This document shows positions 60,640 through 64,000 of a DNA stretch of 64,000 bases, piece by piece. The notes under the pieces are model-generated. The model ran no database searches. It saw only the letters and a program-made list of their open reading frames with translations, and was not told where the DNA came from. The DNA lies in assembly GCF_004010195.1 (NCBI RefSeq), contig NC_057755.1:12208966-12272965 (forward strand). Direction: 5' to 3'. Source of the stretch: Chiloscyllium plagiosum. Its lineage: Eukaryota. Every line of letters begins with the position of its first letter. Within the stretch, counting starts at the first letter, position 1. The position numbers were made by a program, and so were the translations under genes.

Positions 60640-62720
60640 CAATGCAAGGATAGAAGGGTAGAAATAGAGGCAAAAGAGGAGGGGAAGTGGCGTTTTTGAT
60701 TAAGGAAAACGTTACTGCTGTAACTAGAGAAGATACTTTCGAAAAATGGTCCAATGAAAATATATGGGAACGATCGACTTGATTGGATTGTACCCTTCAA
60801 TTGTACCCTGACTATTGGATTGACCCTTCAATAGTCAGAAATTTAAGAATAAATATGTAGAGATATCTCAGATATGTGTAGAATAATAAGATTGTAATCA
60901 TAAGATTGTGATTTTAATTTCCCAAACTCTGACTGGGATGTGTTTAAAGTTTTGGATAGTGGAGAATTTGTAAGTATGTTCAATAAAATTTTCGTCGTCA
61001 ATATGAAAATGTCCCTACCAGAGAAGGAGCAAAACTTAACCTCATTGGTAATAATACAGGGCAAGTGATAGTAGGGGAACACTTTGGGTCTTGTGATCAT
61101 AATTCTATTTGTTTTAAAATAGATATAGAACACTTAAGCATTCCACAAAATTTAATGTTTTTAATTGGAGTAAGGCAAATTTTGAGACCAGAATTTTCAA
61201 AAATTGATTGATTGGTAAAGGGAAAGTTTGAGGCTTTCAAAAGTATGATAACAAGAGTTCAGAGTCATGTTCCAATTAGAGAGAGAGGTAAGGCTCGTAG
61301 ACTTAGAGAGCAATGAAAGAGTAAAGCTATTGAGGTTCTAGTCAAGAGTGAAAAGAGATTTTGACAACTGGACTCAAATGAATGCCTTGAACAGTACAAA
61401 GACTGTAGGAGCATTCTTAATAGGGAGATCAGGAAGGTAAAGAGAAGATACGTGATAGCCTTGGCAAAGAAGACCATAATCCAAAGAGATTCTACAAGCA
61501 TATTAAGAGCAAGAGAACAAGTAGAGAGAGAGTAGGGCCCCTTAAAGATCAAAGAGCTTGTCTTTGTGTTGAACCTCGGGAGATGGGAAAATATTAAATG
61601 AATATTTTCAGTTTTTACTGTGGAGAAAGAATTGGAGGCTCAAGAACCCAGGAAAATAAATATTGATATTTTAAAAACAGTTTGCATTACAGAAGAGGAA
61701 GTGCTGGAGGTGGACTTGGAAAATATAACGGTGGACAAATCTCCGGAATCTGATCCAATGTATCCCAGGATATTGTGGGAGGTTGGGGAAGAAATTGTGG
61801 GGCCCCTTGCAAAAATATATGCATAATCTAAACCATGGGTGAAGTGCCGTATGACTGGAAATTGGCTAATGTTGTGTTTTTGTTTAAGAAGGGATGTAAG
61901 GAGAAGCCTAGGAACTATAGACCAGTCAACCTGACTTCAGTGGTGGCTAAGTTGTTGGAGGTGACACTGAAAGATAGTGTTTATATGCATTTGGAGAGAC
62001 AAGGAATGATTAGGGAGAGTCAGCATGATTTTGTGTGAGAGAAATTCCCTCTCTCAGACTTGATTGAGTTTTTTGATGAAATAACCAAGAAGATTGAGGG
62101 CAGAGCAGTAGACATTGTTTATTTGGACTTTAGTAACACCTTTGACAAAGTTCCACTTGGTAAACTAATTAGTAAAGTTAGACCATATGGAATTCAGTGT
62201 GAGCTTGCCAATGGGATACAAAATTGGCTTAACCGCAGCAGACAGAGTGATTGTGGAGAGTTGTTTTTTGGACTGAAGGCCTGTGACTAGCAGTGTTCCA
62301 CAGGGATCAGTGCTGGATTCACTTTTGTCTGTCATTTTATATGATGATTTAGGTGAGAATATGGATGACGTGGTTAGTAAGTTTGCGGATGACACCATAA
62401 TTGGTAGTTTCGTGGATAGTAAAGAAGATTATCAAAAGGTATGAAGAGATCTTGATCAGTTGGTTCAATGGGCTGAAGAGTGGCAGATGGAGTTTAATCT
62501 GGATGATTGTGAGGTATTACATTTTGGTCAAACAGATAAGAATAGGATTTGTACAATTAAAAGTAGGGCCTTGAGTAGATAAACTGAATGACAGGTGTAT
62601 TTTCCTTAGGGTGGGGAATTTCGAGACAAGGAGCATATTTTTAAAGTAGGAGAGAGCGATTTAAAAAGACCTGAGGGGCAGTTGGATTGAAGGGTCTTTT
62701 TTTCGTGCTGTGTTTCTATG
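60640..62720 (+). mobile_element. Decayed CR1 ORF2 (APE to RT)
   Basis: KSPESDPMYPRIL, DWKLANVVFLFKKG..NYRPVNLTSVV, YLDFSNTFDKVP, KFADDT. Confidence 0.85.
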
Positions 62721-63320
62721 GCTCCAACTGGTATTATGTTTACTCAGTTAAACACTACTAAATACTGTGGACTCTGGAAATTTGGAAGTAAAAGAATGCT
62801 GGAAAGACTTAGTAGATCTGGCAACATCCCAGTCTTTCTCTCTCCATGGGCAATGAGTTGAACTTGACTCACGTATGGCTTTGAGGAGGAGTCATATTCA
62901 ACTTGAAACCTTAACTCTGTTTCTCTGAACAGATGTATCCAGTCAAGAATTTCCAGCGCAATTTGCTCCCTTTCACCCCAAACCGGTGCTATTGTTGTCG
63001 CCATGACTCCTTTCCTCCATCCATCCATCCCCAACTTTCCTTTGGAAGTGCGAATTGAACTCGAGGCCTGTATACTGGCTATAATACACAGCTCACTCCC
63101 ACCACAGCAACAAGTGCAGACACGTTGGTGGAGTGGATAACCTGGGATTGGAACCCAGCAGCACAACATTGATATTTTAAAATAGAACAAAATGTTTCTT
63201 CTGTAGTGAAAGTTTAAATATCTGGGACAGGCTTCATGTCCTGCTGTTTAGCCTCATTTGAGGAAAAGTGATGTTTCTTTTCCAGAAATGTGTCTTAAGT
63301 TGGTGCAATGTTGTTCACAG

Positions 63321-63435
63321 GTCATGTTGATGATCTCTTTCCTTATTTCCTGAGACATGCCAAACAAGTGTTCCCAATGTTGGATTGTATGGAGGATCTG
63401 CGCAAGATCAGTGATCTGAGGTTACCGGCTAATTG
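63321..63435 (+). CDS. SUPV3L1: SUPV3L1 exon 4, (G)[37 protein letters not shown](W); gene continues beyond the window
   Basis: ttcacAG / GTAAGA, 115 bp; [12 protein letters not shown] motif. Confidence 0.96.
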
Positions 63436-64000
63436 GTAAGATTATCCACTCAAATTCAATCCTTATCATTTTTTCAATAATTTCCTTCCACATAACCTTG
63501 TTTAACATGATTGTTAGAGTTTACGCTTTCAATCAGTAAGGTCAACAACAATAGAGTTCCCTACCATGTGTGAGAATGTATAGCAAGCAGTTTTGTACCA
63601 CAAATATGCAACGTAATTGCACCGAAAGAATATTGGTTATAAGATGCACAGTATTAAAGATACCATGCATTGTAACAAAGAGGCCATCTGTCACAGAGAC
63701 CTATCAAAGAGAATATTATTCAATTTCTGATCTCTCAACTCTGGCATCATGCTTTTCTTTTCAAGCCCTGCTCCCAAACAGAATTTTCTGGAGATTGTGT
63801 TTTTGAAGGATTTAATTGCCAGAGCCAACCACAATAACTCAATGCTGGCTCAATGAGATCAACCAACTCAGTTCAACAGGAAGACAATGGTGTGGTTAGA
63901 GTTCAGGTCATGTAGAGTTAGCACCATGAGACAAGTAATCCACAGGGATGAAAGTGAGGACTGCAAAGGAGATTAGAGTCAAGAGTGTGGCGCTGGAAAA

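Overview
Vertebrate genomic DNA, almost certainly a shark (inferred from HE1/V-SINEs, Deu-domain SINEs, CR1 LINEs and Penelope-like elements). The + strand carries the last seven coding exons of VPS26A (retromer subunit; 173-45967, with a ~30 kb intron) followed by the first four coding exons of SUPV3L1 (mitochondrial Suv3 RNA helicase; 56324-63435). All 11 exons have canonical GT/AG sites and consistent phase. The rest is mostly decayed, often nested retroelements: CR1, Tx1/L1-clade, Penelope-like (PLE) and SINE. I found no new protein-coding system. The most notable signal is RNA-level. At least four different PLE end families carry minimal hammerhead-ribozyme motifs whose stems covary around an invariant core. 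These ends also occur as tiny solo inserts and as fold-back elements flanked by 10-17 bp target-site duplications (TSDs). PLE hammerheads are a known phenomenon; whether these shark families are described or active cannot be told from the sequence alone. Exon, TSD and motif coordinates were counted by hand; decayed-repeat boundaries are approximate.
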